Positions 14,917 through 27,169 are shown, counted from the first letter of the stretch. The stretch is DNA of 64,000 nucleotides from Dendrobates tinctorius (GCF_039654945.1 NW_027361798.1:3596001-3660000), one strand, 5' to 3'. The notes: generated from the sequence alone by a model not told the origin. Made by a program: numbers and translations.

Positions 14917-15975
14917 CATACAGCTCTGCAGGAAGGAGGTGGTGGCACTGATCATACAGCTCTGCAGGGAGGAGGTGGCACTCATCATACAGCTCTGCAG
15001 GGAGGAGGTGATGGCTCTGATCATACAGTTCTGCAGGGAGAAGGTGGTGGCACTGATAATACAGCTCTGCAGGGAGGAGGTGGTGGCACTGATCATACAG
15101 CTCTGCAGGGAGGAGGTGGTGCCACTGATCATACAGCTCTGGAGTGAGGAGGTGATGGCACAATTCATACAGCTCTGCAGGGAGGAGGTGGCACTCATCA
15201 TACAGCTCTGCAGGAAGGAGGTGGGGCCACTGATCATAAAGCTCTGCAGGGAGGAGTTGGCACTGATCATACAGCTCTGCAGGGAGGAGGTGGTGGCACT
15301 GATCATACAGCTCTGCAGGGAGGAGGTGGAGGCACTGATCATACAGCTCTGCAGGGAGGAGGTGGAGGCACTCATCATTCAGCTCTGCAGGGAGGAGGTG
15401 GTGGCAGTGATCATACAGCTCTGCATGAAGGAGGTGGTGGGACTCATCATACAGCTCTGCAGGGAGGTGATGGTAGTGATCATACAGCTCTGCAGGGAGG
15501 AGGTGGTGGCACTGATCATACAGCTCTGCAGGGAGGAGGTGGTGGCACTGATCATACAGCTCTGCAGGGTGGAGGTGGTGGCACTGATCATACAGCTCTG
15601 CAGGGAGGTGATGGTAGTGATCATACAGCTCTGCAGGGAGGAGGTGGTGGCACTGATCATACAGCTCTGCAGGGAGGTGATGGCACTGATCATACAGCTC
15701 TGCAGGGAGGAGGTGGTGGCACTGATCATACAGCTCTGCAGGGAGGTGATGGTAGTGATCATACAGCTCTGCAGGGAGGAGGTGGTGGCACTGATCATAC
15801 AGCTCTGCAGGGAGGAGGTGGTGGCACTGATCATACAGCTCTGCAGGGAGGAGGTGGTGGCACTGATCATACAGCTCTGCAGGGAGGAGGTGGTGGCACT
15901 GATCATACAGCTCTGCAGGGAGGAGGTGGTGGCACTGATCATACAGCTCTGCAGTGAGGAGGTGGTGGCTCTGAT
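14913..15975 (-). repeat. 36-bp satellite, H1-proximal part; first monomer overlaps the H1 stem-loop
   Basis: Tandem units continue up to GGCTCTGAT at 15967-15975, one 36-bp period after GGCACTGAT at 15931-15939. Confidence 0.97.
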
Positions 15976-15982
15976 AAGAGCC
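15943..15982 (-). terminator. H1 histone 3' stem-loop (GGCTCTTATCAGAGCC, 15967-15982), ACCAC cleavage site and HDE/U7 site (AGAGCTGT, 15943-15950)
   Basis: Matches the replication-dependent histone stem-loop consensus, with 5' CACAAA and 3' ACCAC flanks, 30 nt after the H1 stop. Confidence 0.93.
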
Positions 15983-16011
15983 TTTGTGGGATGAGGACAA
16001 GGCGGCTCCAC

Positions 16012-16647
16012 TTATTTCTTGGCCGCGGGCTTCTTTGCTTTAGCCGCTTTCTTAGCCGGACTCTTGGCAGCTTTGGGTTTCGCCGCCTTCTTAGCGGGGC
16101 CCTTCGTCACCTTCTTGGGCTTCGGAGCGGCCTTTGGCTTCTTGGGGCTCTTGTCTGCTTTTTTGGCTGCTGCGGGCTTCTTGGCTTTTTTCGGGCTCTT
16201 CTTGGCCGCGATCGGAGCCTTCTTAGGCTTTTTCGGGGATTTGGCCGCTTTCTTGGCTGCGGGTTTCTTGGCCGCAGCCGCCGGCTTTTTCTTGTCCTTG
16301 GTCTCCTGCTTCTTGTTCAGCTTGAATGACCCGGAGGCGCCGCTGCCCTTTATCTGGAGCAGGGCGCCCTTAGTGACCAGACCCCTGACGGCCAGCTTCA
16401 GGCGGCTGTTATTCTTCTCCACATCGTACCCTCCGGCAGCCAGAGCCTTCTTCAGGGCGGCTAGAGACACCCCGCTGCGCTCCTTGGAGGCGGACACGGC
16501 TTTGACGATCAGCTCGGACACGCTGGGGCCGGAGGGCTTCTTGCTCTTCTTGGCGCTCCCTGCAGCGGATTTCTTTGGCTGCTTCTTGGACTTGGCGGCC
16601 GGTTCGGCGGGAGGAGGAGGCGCGGCGGCTGGTGCGGTCTCTGCCAT
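16012..16647 (-). CDS. H1: Linker histone H1, replication-dependent, 211 aa
   Basis: MAETAPAA start, globular domain [41 protein letters not shown], Lys/Ala/Pro-rich tail, 3' stem-loop. Confidence 0.97.
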   Translation of the reverse strand: MAETAPAAAPPPPAEPAAKSKKQPKKSAAGSAKKSKKPSGPSVSELIVKAVSASKERSGVSLAALKKALAAGGYDVEKNNSRLKLAVRGLVTKGALLQIKGSGASGSFKLNKKQETKDKKKPAAAAKKPAAKKAAKSPKKPKKAPIAAKKSPKKAKKPAAAKKADKSPKKPKAAPKPKKVTKGPAKKAAKPKAAKSPAKKAAKAKKPAAKK

Positions 16648-16714
16648 TGTGTAACGAAAAACTGACAGAATAATCTCCTGCAAGGAAAACACTGAGGACT
16701 GAGCGGGAGCAGCC

Positions 16715-16810
16715 TCATATATACAGTCACACTGCGCACTGATTGGCTGCCGAGCTGCGTCCTCCTAAGCTTCTATTGGCTGACACTGGACACAGGCCCC
16801 GCCCCCTGTC
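16715..16810 (-). promoter_or_regulatory. H1 promoter (TATA, two CCAAT boxes, GC box)
   Basis: TATATA about 16717, ATTGG at about 16742 and 16775, CCCCGCCCC at about 16797; conserved at 40484-40572 in the second H1 copy. Confidence 0.7.
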
Positions 16811-17902
16811 TGAGACGGGTGAAGCTCCGCTCTCCCCTTGTGCTTCCTTGCCCGGGATAAGCGCCCATTACCGGCCAGGACCGGGCAGCAGAGCCGCTGT
16901 CTCCGTGTCCTCCTCCTGCCTGACATCTCCCCCACATGTCTATAGAGGTCACTGGCGGAGGAGGCAGGAAGGAGCCGGGAGGAGCCCCGGGATCTGCCCG
17001 TAGTCCTGGAGCTGCTGAGAGGCCAGAAGGACACACAGGCGCCCATCAATCCCAGTGTGTCCAGATCTCTGTATCCAGCGCCATCGGGAGCATTGCAGAG
17101 TGATCAGCGCTATATGGCAGAAGACCGCACTATATGGAGGTCGGGTTTGCTGCAAGATCCGGAGTGTATTCCGCCTTGTTCGATGCTAACAGCACCATCT
17201 GGACGGAGACAGCACTGTATGGGGGTATATGCAGCAGTCTATCCAGGAATAGAGACTATATGGAGGGCTATTAGCGCTATATGGAGGTATACAGTACTTC
17301 TTGAAGGGTATATACCAAAACATGTGTATGGATCGGTAATTGGCTGTATACAGCACGGTGTTACAGAAGTATATGGAGATCTCCAGCATTTACAGCCAGA
17401 TAGGGCGGTATACTGCATGATATTGATTTTACAGCACTATATGGAGGTATGCAGTCCCGTATGGTGATATATAGCAGTGTATGATGTGTAAACAGCAGTA
17501 TATACAGCCCTATATGGAGGTGTCAGCACTATGTTGGATTCTTCACTATTCGGGGCTGTATAGCAGTATAGAGGGCGCTTACGGCACTTTATGGAGATAT
17601 ACATGACTATATGGAGGTAATCGGCATTATAGTGAGGGTATTCAACCTTATCTATAGATTAGACAGATTTTTCCGGAATCCTTGCTGCAGTATATATGAG
17701 TATTCAGCACTAGATGGCAGTATACAGCATATGTGGCCTCTGTAATGCTGTATACCGCCCAGTATGGAGTCAGCTGAGGATAAACGGGAATTCCACACTC
17801 CCTGGTGCTGCGGCCACTGGAGACAATCAGCGCTGGGATCTCCCAATATGTACGCCGCCTGGAGTCACTGAGAATACATCCAGTAACACCGACCATGAAC
17901 CT

Positions 17903-18580
17903 GCACTAATAGAGGATTATACCCACTGTGCCAAGCACTAATAGACGGTTATACCCACTGTGCCAGGCACTAATAGAGGATTATACCCACTGTGCCAAGC
18001 ACTAATAGAGGATTATACCCACTGTGCCAAGCACTAATAGAGGATTATACCCACTGTGCCAAGCACTAATAGAGGATTATACCTACTGTGCCAAACACTA
18101 ATAGAGGATTATACCCACTGTGCCAAGCACTAATAGGGGATTATACCCACTGTGCCTCCAAGCACTAATAGAGGATTATACCCACTGTGAATCACTAATA
18201 GAAGACTTTACCCACTGTGCCAGGCACTAATAGAGGATTATACCCCCTGTGCCAGGCATTAAGAGGATTATATCCCCTGTGCCATGCACTAATAGAGGAT
18301 TATACCCACTGTGAATCACTAATAGAAGACTTTACCCACTGTGCCAGTCACTAATAGAGGATTATACCCACTGTGCCAGGCACTAATAGAGGATTATATC
18401 CCCTGTGCCAAGCACTAATAGAGGATTATACCCACTGTGCCAGGCACTAATAGAGGATTATACCCACTGTGCCAAGCACTAATAGAGGATTATACCCACT
18501 GTGCCAAGCACTAATAGAGGATTATACCCACTGTGCCAGGCACTAATAGAGGATTATACCCACTATGCCAGGCACTCATA
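17903..18580 (+). repeat. 32-bp satellite (GCACTAATAGAGGATTATACCCACTGTGCCAA) upstream of H4
   Basis: ACTAATAGAG recurs at 18001 and 18033; about 21 copies. Confidence 0.96.
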
Positions 18581-18734
18581 GCTCTCCGGTCATGTGGAGG
18601 CGTCTGACTGTTGATGATCTCCCAGAGATTGAATTATTTCCAGGCCGGAACCTCACATTTTCAGTAATTTCTCGTTCCTCCAGCGACGCTGACAGGACGA
18701 GGTTTGCAGAATTTTCTTGTTAGCATAATACAGA

Positions 18735-18890
18735 GAAGCGGGAAATTCAAATCACCAACTGTCCTGTGCTCAGCCAATCAGCGAGAAAGGGGAGGGGCTG
18801 AAAATGGCAATTCAGGAAAACAAACATCTCCGGTACGCGTCATCACTGTGCAGTTCTCACTCCGGTCCGCCTAGCCTCCATATAAAGGAG
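18735..18890 (+). promoter_or_regulatory. H4 promoter: E2F-like GCGGGAAA next to TTCAAA (CHR-like), CCAAT, GGTCC H4 element, TATAAAA
   Basis: Motifs at about 18738-18751, 18775, 18864 and 18881; repeated before all three H4 copies. Confidence 0.7.
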
Positions 18891-18932
18891 GACTCAGCGC
18901 TGACCCTTCACAGTCGTCTGAAGATTTTCTGA

Positions 18933-19247
<315 letters not shown>

Positions 19248-19279
19248 TTGTATTCTCGTCTCTGTCCTGACAACCCAAA

Positions 19280-19295
19280 GGCTCTTCTCAGAGAC
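19280..19295 (+). terminator. H4 3' stem-loop with a C>A substitution (GGCTCTTCTCAGAGAC)
   Basis: The other two copies read GGCTCTTCTCAGAGCC. Confidence 0.85.
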
Positions 19296-19869
19296 GCCCA
19301 CATCTCACGTGAGAGGCTGCAATTCCCGCTGGGGTCTAGCGGTCGCTGCTGGTGTGATCGCCGGGACCGGCTTGTGACGTTGCGCATTGGGGGGAGACGT
19401 TCTCTCTTCTGGAGCTGATCCAGTGAGTAGTCTCAGTGTGAGGTGGGGCACAGATGATCCGGGTGTATGGGGGAATCGATCGGCCGCACAGTCACCTCCT
19501 ATGATGCTGCAGTTACTACAGAGCAGAAATCCGAGTGCTGGTAATAAATGTGGTTGTGCCACGTCTCCTGCTGCTGAGATCCTGTGGGTTGTAGGATGGC
19601 TGCGAGGAGTAGAATGCGGCTGCACTGATGAATGGACGCCGGTGTGAACGCTCCTGAGCAGCGGCTCAGGATTGGGGTATCGACAGGATACCTACATGCG
19701 ATGAGAGGTGCCGTCTGTGTTTCTGCGCCACCACATGGGCAGGGAGGGACGGTGCAGGAATACAGGGTCGCTCTGCCTGTGATCAGGAGAACATCTGCCC
19801 ACATCACACTTTGCGCTTCGCACCAATCACCGGATCTAAATCCCGGAGCAAATTAACAAATTATCATAT

Positions 19870-20040
19870 ACAGGAATATACCCACTGTGCCAACTGCTAA
19901 TAGCAGGAATTATATCCACTGAGTCACCCACTAGAGAGATATATAGAGGATTATACCCACTGTGCCAAGAACTAATAGAGCATTATACCCATTGATCCAA
20001 GCAGTAATAGATAATTTTTACCCACTGTGCCAAGCACTAA
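19870..20040 (+). repeat. Degenerate 32-bp satellite, continuous with 32195-33280 once the CR1 insertion is removed
   Basis: GCACTAAT at the left junction and ACCAGAGG at the right junction rebuild one monomer. Confidence 0.85.
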
Positions 20041-21699
20041 TCATAGAATCGTAGAGTTGGAAGGGACCTCCTGGGCCATCTGGTCCAACCCCCTGCTCAA
20101 AGCAGGATTCGCTAAATCATCCTAGTCAGATGTCTGTCCAGCCTCTGTTTGACGACTTCCATTGAAGGAGAACTCACCACTTATCGTGGCAGCCTGTTCC
20201 ACTCATTGATCACTCTAACTGTCAAAAAGTTTTTTCTAATATCTAATCTGTGTCTCCTCCCATTCAGTTTCATCCCATTGCTTCTAGTCTTTCCTTGTGC
20301 AAATGAGAATAAAGTTGATCCTTCTACAATGTGACAGCCCTTTAGATATTTGTAGACAGCTATTAAGTCTCCTCTCAGTCTTCTCTTTTGCAAACTAAAC
20401 ATTCCCGAATCCTGCAACCTTTCCTCATAAGACAGGGTTTGCAGACCGGTCACTAGAGTTGAGCGACTTTTGGTTTTTTAGGGTCGCGTTTCGTTTCGTG
20501 AAACCCGACTTTTCCAAAAGTCGGGTCGAGCAAGATCGTCCGATTATAGGGAAAAGTCGGGGTCGTCCCGAAACACGAAACCCAATGTAAGTCAATGGGG
20601 AATAAAAGTCGGCAGTGAGAGGAGGACAGGAAACACACCTACAGTGCCCATTTGAATGCCAAAAGCATCAATTCTTCTTACTTAAGCTTGTCAACCTTAA
20701 TTAACTTCATAATACAAGTTACGCACTGAAAAATGGGGGTTATTTGGCTAAAGTTGTGGGGGGGTAGGGCTGGCTACAGGTTTTCATGTGCCCTGGGCGA
20801 AAGAGCTCCCCTTTAACACATACCACAACTCATCATGCTCCGATACGGCAGAGAAATAGCGGTATAGTACAATGAAAAATACTTCACTTTTTACATCTCA
20901 TGACGAGGCCCATCTATTTCTCCATACAGAATCATTGGTCCCATATAATGTTTGAAACAGTATATGATGAGCTCCACATAATGCTACAGTATATGTTGGT
21001 CCCCATGGATGAAGCTCCACTGTCTTATGGGCCCAAATAAAGCTCCAAACATAATGGGCCCCATTTCTAATGCTCTAGTGTATAATGGGCCCTGTAAATG
21101 CTGCTCCAGTGTCTGATGTCCACCTTTGGAATGTTCCAGTGTATGGTGGGCCCCATCTATCATTCTCCAGAGTATAGTGCTCCCCAAAAATTGCTGTCCC
21201 AACATTGAAAACAATCAAATAAGTCTCCTCGCTAGGGAATCCCTGTACTAGTCTGGACTCCTCGTCGTCCCCATCTTCCATCTCACTGCACAGTATTTCA
21301 ACCTTGCAAGTGCTGTGATCCTGAGCAAGCAGGGGGTGCCCACTCGTTGGCGACGGCACTGGCACAGGGCCCCTGATAGTACGGTGGTGTGTCTGATGGC
21401 GGCTGGGCCGAACCTGCACTTTCATCTGCAGCTTCCTCTTTGTCACCGTGTAAGATGGAACTGTATATGGGAAGGGTAACCTCAGTTTCATCAGGGTCAG
21501 ATTCAGGCTGTGTAGCGTGCAAGGGGAATGTAGTGGTCTGGGTCAATGTACCAGCAGATTCATCGAGCAGTGGCTGGGCATCAGTGCACTTGTGTCGCCC
21601 CCAGGAGTACGGTCACCACAGTGGCATTACCTTCCTCCTAGGGAGTGTGATGTCATGCTTGGGAGCAACGAAGGATCTCTCTAGCAGGTTAACTGATTG

Positions 21700-22171
21700 G
21701 GCGGCGTTATTCCCACGAGTCATGACCCTCCAAACAGCGTTCATGAAGGCAAAGTGTTTGTTTTACGTGGGCAGTATGGTTGCAAAGCTGAACCTTAAAG
21801 GAATGTCCAGAAGGGCACCACCAGGAGTGGAGCCTACGGTTAAATTCGACTCCACCTGGGAAACCTCAACCATGCCAGCTACAGAACAGATGCACACATT
21901 GCAAGCTTAATTCCGTTAACGAACGAGACTCCGTCATGCCCCGCGGTCCGTGTCCGGCTTACTAGAGGGACACGTGAGGCTCTGGCACATGAGATTGGCC
22001 AATAACTGGTGTGTCATGCCCTTACATGTCCGTGGCTGCATGTGCGCTACACTGAAAAGGCCAGCGTTTGTCGCTTACAGGTGCAGATAACCCGCTGAAC
22101 AACGTTAGTGATGGGGATCACTGATTACAATTATTACCCGCGAACAATGATTTCCCAGTAAGTGCAGGTCA
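21700..22171 (+). pseudogene. Degenerate 18S rRNA gene fragment (3' half) inside the hAT element
   Basis: Recognisable 18S blocks in order: GGCGGCGTTATTCCCA, AGTATGGTTGCAAAGCTGAA, GAAGGGCACCACCAGGAGTGGAGCCT, TTAATTCCGTTAACGAACGAGACTC, TGATGGGGATC, TTCCCAGTAAGTGC. Confidence 0.9.
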
Positions 22172-22281
22172 ACCGCAGTTCCGGAATTAGGCCTAACCGT
22201 CATTCCTGAAAAAATGAAAAACTTACGTGTGCAAACCACAGGTGCTGTAGCTTGCTTAACAGCTCGCCAGCCGTTCTCACG

Positions 22282-23060
22282 CCCAGTATGGATTACACGT
22301 GATTGCACAAAGGTGAGAAAGGGTACCGTATCCCCGGATAACATGTATGGATAGCGTACACATTCAAAATATATGTCAACACATCAGGAGGCAGGCTCAG
22401 ACGGTGTTAGGCCCAGTATGGATTGCACGTCATTGCACAAAGGTTAGAAAGGGTACAGTATCCCCAGATAACATGTATGGATAGCGTACACATTCAAAAT
22501 ATACGTCTATACAGCAGGAGGCAGGCTCAGATGGTGTTAGGCCCAGTATGGATTGCACGTGATTGCACAAAGGTTAGAAAGGGTATCGTATCCCCAGATA
22601 ACATGTATGGATAGCGTACACATTCAAAATATATGTCTCAGGAGGCAGGCTCAGACGGTGTTAGGCCCAGTATGGATTGCACGTGATTGCACAAAGGTTA
22701 GAAAGGGTACCGTATCCCCGGATAACATGTATGGATAGCGTACACATTCAAAATATATGTCTCAGGAGGCAGGCTCAGACGGTGTTAGGCCCAGTATGGA
22801 TTGCACGTGATTGCACAAAGGTTAGAAAGGGTGCCGTATCCCCGGATAACATGTATGGATAGCGTACACATTCAAAATATATGTCTATACATCAGGAGGC
22901 AGGCTCAGACGGTGTTAGGCCCAGTATGGATTGCACGTGATTGCACAAAGGTTAGAAAGGGTACCGTTTCCCCGGATAACATGTATGGATAGCGTACACA
23001 TTCAAAATATATGTCTATACATCAGGAGGCAGGATCAGACGGTGTCAGGCACAGTATGGA
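22282..23060. repeat. Internal tandem repeat of 124-130 bp, about 6 copies, in the hAT 3' region
   Basis: Repeated pseudo-ORFs start at 22423, 22553, 22677 and 22801. Confidence 0.93.
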
Positions 23061-23483
23061 TTTGACGGCCCAGATTACACAGCGGAGGAGCAGGGAGAGG
23101 TAAAGATTGCAAATACTGGGGCCCTGCCCAAGCAAGGGGGGGCCCACTCGTGGGCGTCGGTACTGGCACTGGGCCCCTCATAGTACAGCGGTGTGTCTGA
23201 CGGCGGGTGTGCACCACCGCCGTCAGAGACACTTGATTGCACTATGAGGGACCCTGTGCCAGTGCCCGCGCCCAAGAGTCGGCCTACCCACCTGTCCAGG
23301 GCAACCGCACTCGCACGGTGTCGTGCGCTAGGTGGTGACCCCGGCCATGGGGGGGGGAGGCAGCATAGTTAGGGAGTTTTAGAAAGTGGCATATGTTGAT
23401 GTTGGACATTCAGCTGATGCAAAAGGCGAAATAGGTGAAGTACCAGGAAGAGGTGGACCAAAGCAAGCCATTTTTCTGTCACC

Positions 23484-26400
23484 CTATGTGTCATCAGGGG
23501 AAGGTGGGACAAAATCCTTGGAAACCCATGCGTGGTTCATTTTAATGAAGGTTAGATCATCCACATTTTGGGTTGACAGACGGGTCCTTTTTTCTGTCAG
23601 GATTGATCCAGCTGCACTGAAGACTCTTTCCGATAGCACACTTGCAGCTGGGCAAGCGAGCTCCTGTAAGGCATATTGTGCCAATTCAGGCCAGGTGTCC
23701 AGTTTAGCGGCCCAATAGTCAAAGGGGAATGACCTGTGTGGGAGAACATCGATATGGGAGGAAAAGTAGTTTGTAACCATAGTTGACAACTGCTGTCTCC
23801 TGTCACTTTCCATCGATGCAGTATTACCAGTTGTGTGAGCGGTACTTGAAAAATCAGTCCACAACATTGTCATGAAACCCCTGTCTCCAACGCCACTTCT
23901 GCTGTGTGCACCACGAACACCTCTGCCAAGCTGCCCCCGGCCCGTACGGCTCGTGTGAGAACCATCACCACTGCTGTGTGCTGGGAATGCCTCAAGCAAC
24001 CGATTTACCAGAGTTGCTTGTTTATTAGCCAATATTAGGTCAAGGTTCTCCTGTGGCATGATGTTTTGTAATTTGCCTTTATAGCGTGGATCCAGGATGC
24101 TGGCCAACCAGTAGTCGTCATCGTTCATCATTTTGGCAATGCGGGGGTCCCTTTTTAGGATCCGCAAGGCATAATCTGACATGTGGGCCAATGTTCCCGG
24201 TGTCAATGATGCACTGCGAGTGCTGGGTGGAGGAGCACTTTCTGGCAAATCCACATCCCTCCAGTCACGCACAAACCCTGTACCAGACCTTGCCACGCCA
24301 ACATTTTCACTTGCCCCACGAGATGCATCCTCCTCCCCTAAGTAATCATCCCCATCATCATCCTCCTCCTCCTCTTCTTCCTCCACCTCGTCCAGGAGAG
24401 GTCCCTGAGCAGACAATGGCTGAATGTCATCAAGGATTCCCTCCTCCTCTTCCTCCTCATCAACATTGGCTGCAGACGCCTGCTCCTTAAGGTGCGTCAA
24501 AGTTTGCATGAGCAGACGCATAAGTGGGATGCTCATGCTTAGGATGGCGTCGTCTGCGCTTACCAGCCGTGTGCATTCCTCAAAACACTGAAGGACTTTA
24601 CAAAGGTCTTTCAGCTTCGACCACTGCACACCTGTCAACTCCATGTCTGCTCTCAAAGTGCCTGGCCGTGTATCCTCCCACAAATGCATAATGGCCTGCC
24701 TCTGCTCGCACAGCCGCTCCACCATGTGCAGGGTGGAGTTCCACCTTGTTGCAATGTCGATAATGAGGCGGTGGTTGGGAAGGTGGAGCAATCGCTGCAG
24801 CTTCTGCATACGAACGGAGTGTACAGGCGACCGGCGGATGTGCGCGCACAGTCTTCGCACCTTCTGGAGCAGGGCTGTTAACTCCGGATAATTTTTGAGG
24901 AAGCACTGCACCACCAGGTTCAAGGTGTGAGCCAAGCAAGGTATGTGGCTGAGTTTTGAAAGGGCTATGGCTGCCACAAAATTACGGCCGTTATCACTAA
25001 CTACCTTGCCTGCCTCAAGATGTACACTGCCCAGCCATGACTCAGTTTGTCGCTTCAAGTGATAATGTGTGCAAAAACTGTAAAGCGCTGCGGAATATGT
25101 TAGCGCTATATAAAAATAAAGATTATTATTATTATTACTCGGCCAGCACCTCGGCGGTGTGTCTGTCGCCCAAACACATCATCTGCAACACAGCCTGCTG
25201 ACGCTTTCCACTAGCTGCTCGATAGGGGGACACATCGTGTGCAACAGTGGCAGCTGCAGATGGAGTGCTCGTACGACTGCGCTCTGTGGACGAGCTTTCG
25301 CTTCTGGAGGAGGAGGAGGGTCGAGCGCCTACAGCCAACTGTTTCCTATATCGTGGGCTAGGCAGCACTGTCCCACCACAGCTGTCCCCTGTGGACCCTG
25401 CATCCACCACATTAACCCAGTGCGCAGTGATGGACACGTAACGGCCCTGGCCATGCCGACTGGACCATGCATCAGTTGTGAGGTGCACCTTTCCGCTCAC
25501 TGACTGCTTGAGTGCATGGACAATGCGGTCTTTCACATGATGGTGGAGGGCTGGGATGGCTTTGCGAGAGAAGAAGTGGCGACTGGGTAGGTCATAGCGT
25601 GGTACTGCATAGGCCATGAGTTCGCGGAAAGCTGCGCTTTCCACCAACCGATAGGGCATCATCTCTAACGAGATTAGTTTGGAAATGTGGGCGTTCAAAC
25701 CCAGTGTACGCGAATGAGAGACTGAGTACTTTCTTGACCTACTCATAGTGTCTGGGAGGGTGAGCTGGACTTGAGAGCTGCATATGGTGGAACTAGCGAT
25801 GGACAGGGCGGACTGAGAGAGGGTTGATGATGGTGATGGAGTTGGTGTTCTTTCTGATGGCCTAGATTCAGTCTTTCGTTGATATAACAGTGGGATTCCC
25901 TGACTGCTGTGGCCTTGCAACGACACCTCAACATTTGCTGCTGTGCTAACCGGTGGGCTTACAGTGGGGGAAACAATGTAGCGTTGCTGACTACCTTCTT
26001 TGTGATCAGTTGCACATGTGGTACTTGAGGTTTGGTGTTGTGTCCACGCTTGCAAGTGCATGCTGGTTAAATGTCTAAGCATGCAACTGGTATTCAAATT
26101 TTTCAGATTTTTCCCTCGGCTAAAGGTCTTTGCGCACTTCTTACAGATAACCTTGGCCTGATCATGAGGATTTTGGTCAAAAAAGTGCCACACTGCACTC
26201 TTCCTACTTTGGCAGACATTTTGCGGCCTAGCACGCTGTGATCTTTTGACCCTCTGGACAAGCTGTCCAGCAACTCTTTTGATGTTTGGAACCTGTCTTT
26301 GGAGTGCTCCGGGCCTGCCAGATAACAGCTGTTGCGATGTCGATGTCTGCTGTGGATGCTCCTCATCTGAGCTATTGGAAGCAGCACCCTCTTCCCCCAA

Positions 26401-27093
26401 TGGATGCCAATCTGGGTCAACAACTGGGTCATCCATCACCTCCTCTTCTATGTCATGTGCACCTTCCTCTGTGTCACCGTGTATGGTGGTATAGTGTGCG
26501 GGAAGGGGCACCTGAGTCTCATCAGGGTCAGAATCTGGCTCTGTACACTGCGAGGACAATGTAGTGCTCTGAGTGAATGTACCAGCAGAATCATCCATCA
26601 GCGGCTGTGCATCAGTGCACTCCATGTCAGATTCATCTTGGCCTGGGTAATTCACCATTTCACTTGATAATCCAGGCATGGTATGTGAAAACAGCTCCAT
26701 GGAGTAATCAGTAGTATGGCCTGCGTCATCCTTCTATCTTGGTTGGGGTGAAGGACACAAGGAAAGGTGTGGTTCATGAACATGAGCCTCCAATGACGAC
26801 TCAGTGCTTTTACTTTTTACAACTGAAGAAGAGGAGGCGATAGAGCTGGAGGCTGAGTCAGCAATGTAAGACAAAACTTTTTCCTGATGCTCTGCCTTTA
26901 AAAGCGGTTTGCCAACTCCTAGAAAACTAAGCGTTCGAGGCCTTATGTAGCCAGACGATGACGCAGGGTCAGCACCTCCTGCATTCGGTCCTATTTTGCT
27001 CTTGCCACTACCATCAGATCCACCACCAACACCATCATTACCAGCTGCCAACCCCCGCCCAATTCCACGGCCTCTTCCACCAGCCTTCCTCAT
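23484..27093 (-). pseudogene. hAT transposase (BED zinc finger, DDE core, C-terminal dimerisation domain), about 1180 aa, broken by one nonsense codon (26734-26736) and a 76-bp insertion
   Basis: SAVWHFF..CKKC..HLTSMH, LTTDAWSS, VSDNGRN, CLAHTLNL, TRWNST, PAASVLSERVFSAAG. Confidence 0.93.
25061..25136 (+). mobile_element. Extreme 3' tail of an L2-clade LINE or partner SINE inserted in the transposase
   Basis: TGTAAAGCGCT..AGCGCTATATAAA stem-loop, AATAAA, (TTA)n; removing it restores the reading frame AEYLKRQ. Confidence 0.7.
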
Positions 27094-27169
27094 TTTTGGT
27101 AGAAATGTAGACAAAATCCAACAAACTATATAGTAATGTAAAACAAGGTACAAGGTGTCTATAGGACAG

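Noticed and set aside
20-16011. Many long ORFs with 11-12-aa Cys/His- or Ser/Thr-rich repeats
   Set aside because: By-products of a 36-bp monomer with few stops and 3-bp slippage indels; open in several frames on both strands, with frameshifts between frames
17903-18580. 32-bp repeats resembling a CRISPR array
   Set aside because: Head-to-tail units with no unique spacers, no cas genes, eukaryotic context
21590-21695. Possible additional LTR fragment starting TGTCGCCC
   Set aside because: Too short; no matching terminus or TSD visible
21700-22171. Functional 18S rRNA gene
   Set aside because: Partial, with internal deletions and substitutions at universally conserved positions; lies inside a transposon
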